Assembly: GCA_050246755.1 (NCBI GenBank)
Contig: JBFWVL010000003.1
Span: forward strand, 64,001 to 128,000
Reading direction: 5' to 3'
Length of the DNA stretch: 64,000 nt
Source: Bacteriovoracia bacterium
GTDB lineage: Bacteria > Bdellovibrionota > UBA1018 > CAIPTA01
Shown: one piece after another, positions 9,119 to 18,303 of the stretch
Position numbering within the stretch: the first letter of the stretch is position 1
Layout of the letters: each line of letters opens with the position of its first letter
The notes under the pieces: model-generated
Told to the model about the DNA's origin: nothing
The model's database searches: none
The model's input: the letters and a program-made list of their open reading frames with translations, nothing else
Made by a program: the position numbers and the translations under genes

Positions 9119-10332
9119 TCGACCTCAGTCCGCTGAAGAATAACCGCGACTATCGCCTGCTTTATTTCAGCCAAGTGGTCTCTCTTTTTGGCAGCATGAT
9201 CACCTACGTAGCGATTCCCTACCAAGTGCATCAGCTCACGCACTCAGTTTTTTTGGTCGGTCTGCTAGGCGCCGTGCAGCTCATTCCGCTAGTGCTGAGC
9301 GGCCTGGTTGGGGGAACCTATGCCGACCGCCTGGATCGCCGCCGGCTCATCCTCTGGTGCGAAGTGCTTATGTTGGTGGGCACGCTGGTGCTCGCGGCGA
9401 ATTCTTGGCGCGCCGAGCCCAGCGTGGTTCTTATCTTTTGCACCACCGCCTTCATGCAGGCGGTGAACGGTTTCCATCGGCCTTCCCTCGAAGCGATCAC
9501 CCAGAAAGTGGTGGCGAAAACGGACTACGCCGCGATCGGGGCGCTGAATTCTCTGCAGCGCACCGGCGGCGCTATTCTCGGGCCGATGCTCGGCGGCGTG
9601 CTATTAGCGTCGGGGGGAGCGGCCTTTGCGTACTTGGCCGATGCGGTCACGTTTTTCTGGGCCTTTGTCATGATCAGTTTATTGCCCCGTAGTGGCTTTG
9701 TTCCCGAAAAAAGAGAGGCCAGTCCGCTCGAGAGCTTTCGCGAGGGTATGGATTTCGCCCTTCGCCGCCCGGAACTGCTCGGAAGTTATTTCGTGGATAT
9801 CGTGGCCATGACTTTCGCTTTTCCGATCGCGATATTTCCCGCGCTCGCGTTGAACTGGGGGGGAGAGAAGGCCGCCGGGCTGCTTTTTTCCGCGATGTCG
9901 GTGGGATCCCTGCTCATTGCCCTCCTGAGCGGATGGCTAAACCGCTTTAAGCGGCACGGGGCATTGATCACAATTGCCGCCGGCACCTGGGGCTTGTGCA
10001 TCGTAGGGTTTGGGATGGCCGATTCGCTCTGGATGGCGCTTCTTTTTCTCGCGCTGGCGGGCGCCTCCGATATGGTGAGTGGAGTGTATCGCTCGGTGGT
10101 ATGGAATCAGGTAATTCCGAACGAAATGCGCGGGCGCTTGGCGGGAGTGGAAATGATCAGCTATATGATCGGCCCTCTCCTCGGGAATTTACGTGTAGGC
10201 ACGCAGGCCTCGTTCATGGGCACACGGATTGCCGTAGTTTCGGGCGGAGTTCTCTGCGCATTGGCTTGCGTGGCCTGCGTCTGGATTTTTCCTAAATTTT
10301 GGAACTACCGCGAAGCCGCGATTCCCGTGTAG
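9112..10332 (+). CDS. MFS transporter (EntS/DHA3-like)
   Basis: DLSPLK.NRDYRLLY, GGTYADRLDRRRL motif A, multiple TM helices, IPNEMRGR. Confidence 0.92.
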   Translation: MLIDLSPLKNNRDYRLLYFSQVVSLFGSMITYVAIPYQVHQLTHSVFLVGLLGAVQLIPLVLSGLVGGTYADRLDRRRLILWCEVLMLVGTLVLAANSWRAEPSVVLIFCTTAFMQAVNGFHRPSLEAITQKVVAKTDYAAIGALNSLQRTGGAILGPMLGGVLLASGGAAFAYLADAVTFFWAFVMISLLPRSGFVPEKREASPLESFREGMDFALRRPELLGSYFVDIVAMTFAFPIAIFPALALNWGGEKAAGLLFSAMSVGSLLIALLSGWLNRFKRHGALITIAAGTWGLCIVGFGMADSLWMALLFLALAGASDMVSGVYRSVVWNQVIPNEMRGRLAGVEMISYMIGPLLGNLRVGTQASFMGTRIAVVSGGVLCALACVACVWIFPKFWNYREAAIPV

Positions 10333-10454
10333 TTCGGTAAGATCCCTAAATTCTGTCTCGATGATAATTGTTTTGGGGCGGCGCTTCTTAGCCCTTATCC
10401 TATGTATAGAAATACTGCTCATACTGCCCGTAACGATATCATGGAGGATACCGT

Positions 10455-11654
10455 ATGCTACGCACGCATGGATGCTTGCTGCTCGCGATTCTGTTATTTG
10501 CCCTGCCAAATATTTCCGCCGCCACGGAGGTGAAGGAATGGACCTTCCTGGTATTCCTCAATGGGCACAACGATCTCGACCAGTACGGGGCTTCGAACAT
10601 GAAGCAGATGGAGCGGGTGGGCTCTACCGATAAGGTAAACGTGGTGGTGCAGTGGGCCTCGATGGCTTCGCCAACAACAAAACGCATTTATGTGAAAAAG
10701 AGCACCAACGCGGAAGTGGTTACCTCGCCCGCAGTGGAAGAGCTTTCGCCGGTGGATATGGGAAATCCCAATAGCCTCATCGAGTTCGTGCGCTGGGCGA
10801 AGGAGCGGTATCCCGCCCGTCACTATTTCATCGACGTGTGGAATCACGGCAGCGGCTGGCACCGGATCAATAAAATTGGCGGGGAGGCGCACCAGGACGA
10901 TATTAGCTGGGACGAGCGTTTCAACTCGCATATCACCACGAAGCAGCTGGGGGCCGCGATGCAGGTTATCAGCCGCGAGCTCGGCCAAAAAGTGGACGTA
11001 TACGGTAGTGACGCCTGCCTGATGGCCATGGCCGAAGTGGCCGGCGAGATGAAAAATTCCGTGGAGGTGTTCGTGGGCGCCGAAGAAACCGAGCCCGGAG
11101 ACGGCTGGCCCTATGACCAGCTGTTGGCCGAATGGAATAAGAAAGAGCGCGCCACTGCTTCCGATGTGGGCCAAATCCTGGTGCGGGAATACGTGAAGGC
11201 CTATTCCGGCGGCCAGTTTGGCAAAGAAGAAGTCACGCTCTCGGCGATGAAGATGTCGAATTGGAACCGCTTCGAGTCGGCATTCAAAAGCTTTTCCTCG
11301 GAAATGCGTAGTCTTGATGCGGCAGAACGAGCAGCGGTGCTCCGGGTGGCGGCCAATACCCAGTCCTACCAGTACTCAGACTATAAGGACTTGTTTCATT
11401 TCACCCAAGGACTTGCGGCCGCCAATCTGCCGAGCGTAGGCCGGAGCAGTCTGGCCCGCCTGCAGGAATCCCTGAATGACCTGATCCTCGAGAACGGAGT
11501 TACGGGAGAGTACCGCAATTCCCGCGGGATTTCCTTGTGGGTGCCTGATACTCGCTACCAGTACGACGCCCACGCCAAAGCATATCAGAGCTTGGCATTT
11601 CATCAGGCCACGAGCTGGGGCCAAGTGCTGGCGCGGCTTTTTCCCAAAAAGTAA
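10455..11654 (+). CDS. Clostripain-related cysteine peptidase (C11), secreted
   Basis: Signal peptide, KEWTFLVFLNGHNDL, WNHGSGW (His), DACLM (Cys). Confidence 0.92.
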   Translation: MLRTHGCLLLAILLFALPNISAATEVKEWTFLVFLNGHNDLDQYGASNMKQMERVGSTDKVNVVVQWASMASPTTKRIYVKKSTNAEVVTSPAVEELSPVDMGNPNSLIEFVRWAKERYPARHYFIDVWNHGSGWHRINKIGGEAHQDDISWDERFNSHITTKQLGAAMQVISRELGQKVDVYGSDACLMAMAEVAGEMKNSVEVFVGAEETEPGDGWPYDQLLAEWNKKERATASDVGQILVREYVKAYSGGQFGKEEVTLSAMKMSNWNRFESAFKSFSSEMRSLDAAERAAVLRVAANTQSYQYSDYKDLFHFTQGLAAANLPSVGRSSLARLQESLNDLILENGVTGEYRNSRGISLWVPDTRYQYDAHAKAYQSLAFHQATSWGQVLARLFPKK

Positions 11655-11877
11655 TAGCTGAGATCAGCTATGCTCCGATTTTTGGGGCCGGATATGGTGC
11701 TGCCTTCACACGGCAGCGCGATCCGGCCTTTTCATTTTCCCTTTTCCGCCCGCGATGATACGCCGCGCATGTTTCAAAGATATATACCTTTCTATATAGT
11801 TGTTTATTTTTTTTTGGAATCTCCGAAAGGATTGGGGGCCCGCTACGCGAGTGGTTGTTTAATGGAGGTAAAGTGAA

Positions 11878-12591
11878 ATGAAAACGATATCCGGGAGTCA
11901 GCTACGCTTCTGTATTTTACCGTCCGCTAATCCGCCTGCAGAGATGAAGGCGCTGCACGATAATTGTTTCCGGCTATGGATGGATGTGTGGAGCGAAACG
12001 TTCCGCAAGCTGAATTTTGATACTTCTCGGCTCGTGGACGATTTTATCCGCCAAGATTTGATCGCCTGCATTGCCGATGGTGACATGCCGGTGGCGATCC
12101 ACCTTTATTCCTTTTACGCCGCCGATAGCGAGGCCGCACGGGCCCACAGCTACCTAAACGGCAATTACCCTGAGCTCTACTTTGCGCGGCTGAAGAAGCA
12201 GAAGGTACGGTCGCTGATGTCGATGGAGTACCTCACCGTGCATCCTGATTGGCGCAAAGGGAAGAGTAACGTGCATTTTGCCATTGTGCTCGTAGGTCTT
12301 GCCCTAAAAACACTCCGGGCCTACGGTGCCGACGCCGCCATCGCGCCCGCGCGCCGCGATCATAAGGTGCATGATTTGGCTTACGCTTTTGGCGGAGAGC
12401 CGGTGATTGAAAACGTGCTCAACCACAATGTGGCTTGTGATCTGCTGATGTGCCACCGCGACCGCGTGATTCCGCACGCCAATCCCGAAGTGAACGAGCT
12501 CGTAAACTCGCTCTGGCAAACCAGGAAATTCTATCCCAACTACGAATTGCAGCCGGAAGACAATATTCTTCCGCTGCGTAAGGCGGCGTAA
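11878..12591 (+). CDS. GNAT-fold (LuxI/FeeM-like) putative N-acyltransferase
   Basis: LHDNCFRLWMDVW, DDFIRQD, MEYLTVHPDWRKG (GNAT motif A-like); GGAGG SD; fold inferred. Confidence 0.6.
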   Translation: MKTISGSQLRFCILPSANPPAEMKALHDNCFRLWMDVWSETFRKLNFDTSRLVDDFIRQDLIACIADGDMPVAIHLYSFYAADSEAARAHSYLNGNYPELYFARLKKQKVRSLMSMEYLTVHPDWRKGKSNVHFAIVLVGLALKTLRAYGADAAIAPARRDHKVHDLAYAFGGEPVIENVLNHNVACDLLMCHRDRVIPHANPEVNELVNSLWQTRKFYPNYELQPEDNILPLRKAA

Positions 12592-13544
12592 TGGAAAACG
12601 TAACGACCAAATTACCGGCCCGCACGGATTTTCCTCCCGAGCTCACCGTTTCTTCGCCGTGGCCTACCGTGGCGGCGATCGCGATGGACTGGGCGATTAT
12701 CGTGGGTTCCATCTGGTTGGCCGAACGGTTCTCTAATCCCGCTACCTTTCTCTTCGCCGTCTTTATGGTAGGTTCGCGGCAGCATGCCTTTTTCTTGATC
12801 ATGCACGAGGGGGCACATAGCTTGATCAGCAAAAACCGCTTTTGGAATGATAAGATCAGTAATTTTTTCGCGGCTTGGCCGGTAGGCTTTTCCACCGAAA
12901 AATATCGGCTACGTCACTGGATTCACCACCGCTACGTAAATACCGACAAAGATCCCGACTGGACCCGCAAGCGCGACGACGTAACTTGGCAATTTCCAAA
13001 AACTAAGATTGTTTACTGGAAGGATACGCTGGCGCACTTGCTCGGCAAGGGCGTGCTGGAGATGATTTTTGCTCTTCGCGGGCTCGGCCTCGCTAAATCG
13101 GATATCCCGCTCGCGGTTCCTTATTTCGGGTTCATCGTGGCAGCGATTACCTTGCTCGGCGGCTGGCGCTTGTTCGGCCTCTATTGGGTGGTTCCCTATT
13201 TCACGGTACTGCCGCTTCTGCACCGAATTCGGAATTCCTCGGAGCATTTGGGGCTTCCCAAAACTCACGTGCTGAATGGAACCCGTAACGTGGTGGGCTC
13301 GCCGGTGGAAACGTTTTTGCTCTGCCCCCATAACGGAGCAATGCATTTAGTTCACCACGTATATCCTTTTATTCCCTGGTACCGACTCAAGGCGGCGAGG
13401 GCCTTTCTTCTCACCAATGAAGAATATCGCACTTACGCCCACGAGAACGATAGCTACTTTCTCCCGCTCGGACGCAGCATGTACCGCGATATGCTACATC
13501 CGCCCCAGACCGAACTAGCCGAAAACACGAAACGAGCCGCATAG
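12591..13544 (+). CDS. Membrane fatty-acid desaturase
   Basis: His boxes HEGAH, HWIHH, HLVHH, plus EH and PWYRL; TAATG overlap with upstream gene. Confidence 0.92.
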   Translation: MENVTTKLPARTDFPPELTVSSPWPTVAAIAMDWAIIVGSIWLAERFSNPATFLFAVFMVGSRQHAFFLIMHEGAHSLISKNRFWNDKISNFFAAWPVGFSTEKYRLRHWIHHRYVNTDKDPDWTRKRDDVTWQFPKTKIVYWKDTLAHLLGKGVLEMIFALRGLGLAKSDIPLAVPYFGFIVAAITLLGGWRLFGLYWVVPYFTVLPLLHRIRNSSEHLGLPKTHVLNGTRNVVGSPVETFLLCPHNGAMHLVHHVYPFIPWYRLKAARAFLLTNEEYRTYAHENDSYFLPLGRSMYRDMLHPPQTELAENTKRAA

Positions 13545-13562
13545 AATACATTGGAGTCACCC

Positions 13563-14210
13563 ATGAAAAAACAAACCATCAAAGAGTTTACTGAAGGCGA
13601 GATCAACCGAGTAACCGCTACCATGATGAGCATCGACTGGAGCAACCCGGCGGCTTACGGCGATTTTTTGGCGCAAACCTATTATCATATCTGCCATTCC
13701 ACGCGCCTGCTTGCAGCGGCGGCGGCCCGCTTTCCTTTGCATCAGGAGAAATTCCATTTGCAATGCATGCGGCATTCCGAGGAGGAGCGCAGTCACGAAA
13801 AGCTTTCGTTGAGTGATCTCAAGGAAATCGGCTACCGGCTGGAAGAATTCTCCGAGCTGCCCGGCACCAAGTCTCTTTATCGCTCCAATTATTTCTTGAT
13901 CGAGCACGTGAGCCCCTTGGCGCTTTTCGGCTACGCGTATTTTCTGGAATGGATCGCCATCGCGGGCGGCGAAAAATTGATGGCCGCCACGGAGCCGGTA
14001 TACGGGTCCAGGGCCGTGAAGCATATGCACGTTCATACCAAGGAAGATCCTGAGCACCTAAAGGCCTATGAAGGATTGCTGGAGGAGTTTTCGGGGAAAG
14101 ACCGGGAAGTTCTGATCGAGGCGATCGCCACCACGGCTGCGGACTACGAAAGAATTTATCTGGAGATTGACGCGCGGGCCGCCAGCAAAAAGCAGAAACG
14201 GGCCGCTTAG
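13563..14210 (+). CDS. Heme-oxygenase-like diiron oxidase (iron-containing redox enzyme, TenA/CADD-like fold)
   Basis: YGDFLAQTYY, HSEEERSHE, GYAYFLE, HVHTKEDPEH metal-ligand pattern. Confidence 0.82.
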   Translation: MKKQTIKEFTEGEINRVTATMMSIDWSNPAAYGDFLAQTYYHICHSTRLLAAAAARFPLHQEKFHLQCMRHSEEERSHEKLSLSDLKEIGYRLEEFSELPGTKSLYRSNYFLIEHVSPLALFGYAYFLEWIAIAGGEKLMAATEPVYGSRAVKHMHVHTKEDPEHLKAYEGLLEEFSGKDREVLIEAIATTAADYERIYLEIDARAASKKQKRAA

Positions 14211-14953
14211 AGGAAACGCATGTTTCCGCGTGCCGTATTTTCGGAACCTACTTCGCGTACGGTTTTAAGGGTGAGCACATAGGTCTCACCCGTAATCGCG
14301 GAAACGAGCTTTACGATGTACTTTTCCTTCATCGCGAAAATGCATTCTTGTTCCGTCATCAATTCGCGCAGAGTATACTCGGGCACGTTTTCCCATTCCG
14401 AGTAGCTAAGGCGCCCTTCCAAAACTTTTTCGACCGTCTCGCAGAGTTGTTTCGTGACTAGACTCGAGCGTTCGTAGAGCTCGAACCAAGGATACGTGGT
14501 GAGCTCGAGGATGGAATAATTGCAAAGCGTGAAGCAGCTGTAGCTGCGGTAGACCTGGATATAATCTTTGTTGGCTACCTCGATCACATCGCCCGGGCTG
14601 ATCTGGGTCATGAAGTTCGAAACGTAGCCAGAATCTGAAAGCAGGAAGAGCTGGCCCATGGCGTAATTCAGCATGGCGCTTTCGTCGAAGCCGTCGATCT
14701 GTTGCTCAAGGGCCCCGGCCACGAAGCGGCTCTGCTCTTGGAGGCCGCGAATAATGCCGATTTGGTTGTCACTGCTTAGTTCGGCAAAGCGCGCCCAAGC
14801 TCTCGCCGGAGCCTGAGGAACCTGTTTTTTAATGAGCTGCTTGAGCAGCGCTTCAAAATGCGTGAGCGTCGAACGCATGAGCTCGATATTGCAGTTTTGA
14901 TGGGGCGGGCCCATCGAGGGGGTAGGGCTTAATTTGGCAGTGCTAATGGGCAT
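14207..14953 (-). CDS. Stand-alone PAS-like protein
   Basis: DVIEVANKDYIQVYRSYSCFTLCNYSILELTTYPWFELYER follows a PAS core pattern; no output domain seen; stop overlaps the HDO stop. Confidence 0.6.
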   Translation of the reverse strand: MPISTAKLSPTPSMGPPHQNCNIELMRSTLTHFEALLKQLIKKQVPQAPARAWARFAELSSDNQIGIIRGLQEQSRFVAGALEQQIDGFDESAMLNYAMGQLFLLSDSGYVSNFMTQISPGDVIEVANKDYIQVYRSYSCFTLCNYSILELTTYPWFELYERSSLVTKQLCETVEKVLEGRLSYSEWENVPEYTLRELMTEQECIFAMKEKYIVKLVSAITGETYVLTLKTVREVGSENTARGNMRFL

Positions 14954-14961
14954 TTGGTGTA

Positions 14962-14990
14962 CTTATACCAAACTGTAGTATTATAGTCAA
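14962..14990 (-). promoter_or_regulatory. Near-consensus sigma-70 promoter, leaderless
   Basis: TTGACT-N17-TATAAG with TG extended -10, 8 nt before ATG. Confidence 0.75.
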
Positions 14991-15021
14991 CTACTTTAAG
15001 CGGCCATAAGCTATTATAGGC

Positions 15022-15318
15022 CTAGCTGGGGCGCTTCGGCTTAAGGGCATGCTCCAGCTGTTCGCGCTCTGATTCCAGGATTAGTTCCATCACCGTTTGA
15101 GCGGGCATATCGTACATTTTAATCAAGGCTTTGAGCTTCTTAAGCGGCGGCACCGCGATTCCACGTTCGAAGTTGGAAATAAACTGGGCAGAAGAATAGC
15201 CGAGGGTGTTGCTTACTTCTCGCTGCGTAAGGTTTGCCCGCATGCGCATTTTTTGGAGGTATTCTCCGAGGTTGGTGTATTTGCGGGGAAGTATATATCG
15301 TTTTTTCTTTGCCATCAT
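15022..15318 (-). CDS. XRE-family HTH transcriptional regulator
   Basis: LGEYLQKMRMRANLTQREVSNTLGYSSAQFISNFERG. Confidence 0.92.
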   Translation of the reverse strand: MMAKKKRYILPRKYTNLGEYLQKMRMRANLTQREVSNTLGYSSAQFISNFERGIAVPPLKKLKALIKMYDMPAQTVMELILESEREQLEHALKPKRPS

Positions 15319-15634
15319 GTTGTCACATTTCCAAGGTGAATTAGACGCGAGTATGTAAGGAAATCTGAAAAAAATCAAATCTTAGTTAGGGAGGAAATTT
15401 CTTTTCGAATGCCGAAAGGGCACCGTCCGACTGGAGAAATTGCGGTTAGTAAAGGGTGTGCGGCGCATTGTCTGCCCATAAAAATCGCCGCGAAGCCCCA
15501 AAATCTTTCTAATATCCCTATAAGCTCGGAATTATCGTAGTTATAGAGACATATTTCCGTATTCTGCCGCAAATATGACGCACGCGATTGAAGCGTGGAA
15601 ATCGCACGTTTAGCATTGCCTTATAGTAGGCAAA

Positions 15635-16033
15635 ATGAATAAACGGGTTGCGGCGATGAAAGCTACGCCAAAAGTATTGGTGGCCGATGATGATGAGGCT
15701 ATCCAAATTTGTATGGAAGACATCTCCATGCAGGAGGGCTGGGACCTCATATTCGCCCGCGACGGCGAAGAATGCCTTTCGATGGTGGCCACGCAGAATC
15801 CTTCCCTTATTATTTTGGACCAGCGGATGCCGCATATGACCGGAGAAGAGGTGCTCACGCGCCTGCAGGATGAGGGGCGCCACTATCCCATTATTTTAAT
15901 TTCCGCCGAAAAGGATTTATCCCGCATGAAGCGTTTTCCGGCCATCGTAAAGACCCTCACCAAGCCCTTCGACTTAGATGAGTTCATTAATGTGGTAAAC
16001 GCGGAGCTCTCTCGCTTGTCGGCGCCCCTCTAA
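15635..16033 (+). CDS. Single-domain response regulator
   Basis: VLVADDD, ILDQRMPHMTG, KPFDL; TATAGT-N7-ATG upstream. Confidence 0.92.
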   Translation: MNKRVAAMKATPKVLVADDDEAIQICMEDISMQEGWDLIFARDGEECLSMVATQNPSLIILDQRMPHMTGEEVLTRLQDEGRHYPIILISAEKDLSRMKRFPAIVKTLTKPFDLDEFINVVNAELSRLSAPL

Positions 16034-16054
16034 GCCACGCGTTTTTATTCATGA

Positions 16055-16089
16055 GACATTTTGCCCAATTGAGTTGTCAGTTCTGACAA
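16055..16089. promoter_or_regulatory. Candidate upstream activator sites
   Basis: GACATTTTGCC (16055-16065) and palindrome TTGTCAG-TT-CTGACAA (16074-16089). Confidence 0.55.
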
Positions 16090-16137
16090 GCCACACTGCA
16101 TCTATGGGCCTTTCTGCATTTTACGCTAGCTGAATTC

Positions 16138-16153
16138 TGGAACGGCTCTTGCT
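16138..16153 (+). promoter_or_regulatory. sigma-54 (-24/-12) promoter
   Basis: TGGAACGGCTCTTGCT, GG-N10-GC. Confidence 0.8.
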
Positions 16154-16184
16154 TTTGTTAATTCAGTCATTGATGAGGTGAGGC

Positions 16185-17732
16185 ATGGAACAGCTGAGAA
16201 CGGGGCGGGATATGAGGTCCAAAAAAACTGCGAATGCAATTCGGATGTCTGGCAGCACTAGCGCCGAAGACTTCGAGGAAACGGAAGAGAAGCCGGTCGA
16301 ACGTGATTCGCGCCGCCGCAGCTTTCAGCTCATCAGCCAGGATGGAGTGCAACGGCGCATTGCCGTCATTGATGACGATGAGGGCATCCGTCTCTACCTG
16401 AGCGAGGTGCTCGCGCAGCAGGGTTTTCAGGTGCAAGAATACCCCAATGCGGAGCAATTTCTCGTGCGCTTGGAGCAGTCGCTTAAGAACGGGATATCCT
16501 TCGTAGACGTAATTCTCTGCGATGTGCGCTTGCCGGGAGTAGATGGGATCACTTTAGTGAGCCGCGTGAAAGAGCGCACGAACGATTTGCCTGTGATCCT
16601 GATGACGGCCTACGCCGAAGTGGAAGCCGCCGTGCGGGCCATGCGCGACGGCGCCTACGACTATCTCGAAAAACCATTCGACCTCAGCCGCCTGAACAGC
16701 GTGCTCGAAAACGCGGTGCGCTTTCGTAAGCTGAGCTACGAAAATAAATTCCTGAAGAATATAATCGATTCCGACATTCATCTGCAGGGAGTGCAATGCC
16801 AAAGCGCTTCCATGCGCGCGATATACGACCTGATCAAGCGGGTTGCTCCTACTGAATCGAGCGTGCTCATTACTGGGGAAAGCGGTGTGGGCAAGGAAGT
16901 GGTGGCCCGGGCGCTCCACGATAATAGCGAACGTGCCGATAAGCCTTTCATAAGTATTAACTGTTCGGCCATTCCGGAGTCTTTGCTGGAGTCCGAGCTG
17001 TTCGGCCATACCAAGGGATCTTTCACGGGGGCCACCCAGCATCGCAAGGGCCTTTTCGAAGAAGCCGACGGCGGTACTCTTTTCCTCGATGAGATCGGAG
17101 ACCTTCAATTCTCCCTCCAGGCGAAACTCCTCCGGGTTTTTCAGGAGCAGAAGATCCGCGCGGTGGGAGATAGTAAATTCCGGCCGGTGGACGTACGTAT
17201 CATTACGGCTACGCACAAAAATCTGGCGAACGAAATTAAGGAAGGCCGCTTTCGCGAAGACTTATACTACCGCCTCAACGTGATTCCGATTCACATCGCC
17301 CCCCTTCGCCAGCGCAAGGAAGACATCATCAGCTTGGCGAAATTTTTTCTCGATAAGTCGGCAGAAAAAAATAAGATGGACCTCCGGGGATTCACGCCGG
17401 CGGCCCTCACCAAATTGGTAAATCTCCCTTGGCACGGAAACGTGCGGGAGCTGCAAAACGTGATCGAGCGCAGCGTGGTTCTTTCTTCGGGAGACGCGAT
17501 CGATGAATCGGATATTCCTGTGGAGCAGGCCGCCGAGGGCGACGAAATGATGGAGGAGGTGGGTTTCGACATGCCTTCCCTGCGCGACGTGGAAAAGCGC
17601 TATATTCTTTCGGTGCTGCGAAAGCATAACGGAAAGAAAGATGCGGCCGCGAAAGTATTAGGGATGAGCCGCCGGACGCTTTACCGGAAGCTCACTAACC
17701 AGGACGACGAGTCGGATACGGGGCTTAATTAG
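16185..17732 (+). CDS. NtrC-family sigma-54 activator (REC-AAA+-Fis HTH) with N-terminal extension
   Basis: IDDD receiver, GESGVGKE, ELFGHTKGSFTGA, LFLDEIG, WHGNVRELQN, LGMSRRTLYRKL. Confidence 0.95.
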   Translation: MEQLRTGRDMRSKKTANAIRMSGSTSAEDFEETEEKPVERDSRRRSFQLISQDGVQRRIAVIDDDEGIRLYLSEVLAQQGFQVQEYPNAEQFLVRLEQSLKNGISFVDVILCDVRLPGVDGITLVSRVKERTNDLPVILMTAYAEVEAAVRAMRDGAYDYLEKPFDLSRLNSVLENAVRFRKLSYENKFLKNIIDSDIHLQGVQCQSASMRAIYDLIKRVAPTESSVLITGESGVGKEVVARALHDNSERADKPFISINCSAIPESLLESELFGHTKGSFTGATQHRKGLFEEADGGTLFLDEIGDLQFSLQAKLLRVFQEQKIRAVGDSKFRPVDVRIITATHKNLANEIKEGRFREDLYYRLNVIPIHIAPLRQRKEDIISLAKFFLDKSAEKNKMDLRGFTPAALTKLVNLPWHGNVRELQNVIERSVVLSSGDAIDESDIPVEQAAEGDEMMEEVGFDMPSLRDVEKRYILSVLRKHNGKKDAAAKVLGMSRRTLYRKLTNQDDESDTGLN

Positions 17733-17758
17733 TTAACGGCGAGAAAAGAGGGGTTTTT

Positions 17759-18073
17759 ATGGCGTTACCAAAAAGAGAATACAGTATGGCAATTTCCGAA
17801 GCCACGCGCAGCAGGTATATACAGAACCTGCAGGCGCAGGTGCAGATGCTTCGCAATGCCATGGAGAAGTCCGACTTTGAAGAAGTGAGAGCGATTTGTC
17901 ACCGCGTGCAGGGGAGCGCCGGGCTCTTCGGGATGAAGGATCTCGGCGAAGCTTGCCGCGCGATGGAAGAGGCGGCGATTGCCAATCTTCCCACTCAAGT
18001 AGTGGAGGCATTTCAGGTGATCGAAGTGATTTTGGCGCGGAAAGTAGAAGGCCCTATCGACGCTCAGGTTTAG
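17759..18073 (+). CDS. Hpt phosphotransfer domain protein
   Basis: ICHRVQGSAGLFG...LGEACRAME. Confidence 0.88.
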   Translation: MALPKREYSMAISEATRSRYIQNLQAQVQMLRNAMEKSDFEEVRAICHRVQGSAGLFGMKDLGEACRAMEEAAIANLPTQVVEAFQVIEVILARKVEGPIDAQV

Positions 18074-18094
18074 CGAGCAGAGAGAAAAATACGA

Positions 18095-18127
18095 GCGCCG
18101 GAGAGGAAAGCTCTCCGGCGTTTTTTT
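18095..18127 (+). terminator. Intrinsic terminator
   Basis: CGCCGGAGAG-gaaag-CTCTCCGGCG followed by T7. Confidence 0.85.
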
Positions 18128-18234
18128 ATGCCCCGCGGGGCAAAATGCCGGGTCTAATTGCCTGAGCCTTGTCATCTTTGTCCCGTCCACACGCTAATCG
18201 GACACTCTGCCACGGATAAAATCGATCCTAATTT

Positions 18235-18250
18235 TGGAACGGCACTTGCT
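18235..18250 (+). promoter_or_regulatory. sigma-54 promoter
   Basis: TGGAACGGCACTTGCT, 15/16 identical to the 16138 site; GGCAAAATGCC (18139) and GACACTCTGCC (18201) upstream. Confidence 0.8.
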
Positions 18251-18303
18251 ACTTTTTACCCAATGAACTGATTCGTGACCCTAAACTCAAGAGGAGATTT
18301 CCC

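Noticed and set aside
15379-15634. Riboswitch in the XRE-receiver intergenic region
   Set aside because: GAAA-loop hairpin present but conserved c-di-GMP or other aptamer motifs not found
16990-17040. GSFTGA instead of GAFTGA in both activators
   Set aside because: Common functional variant; consistent with the nearby sigma-54 promoters
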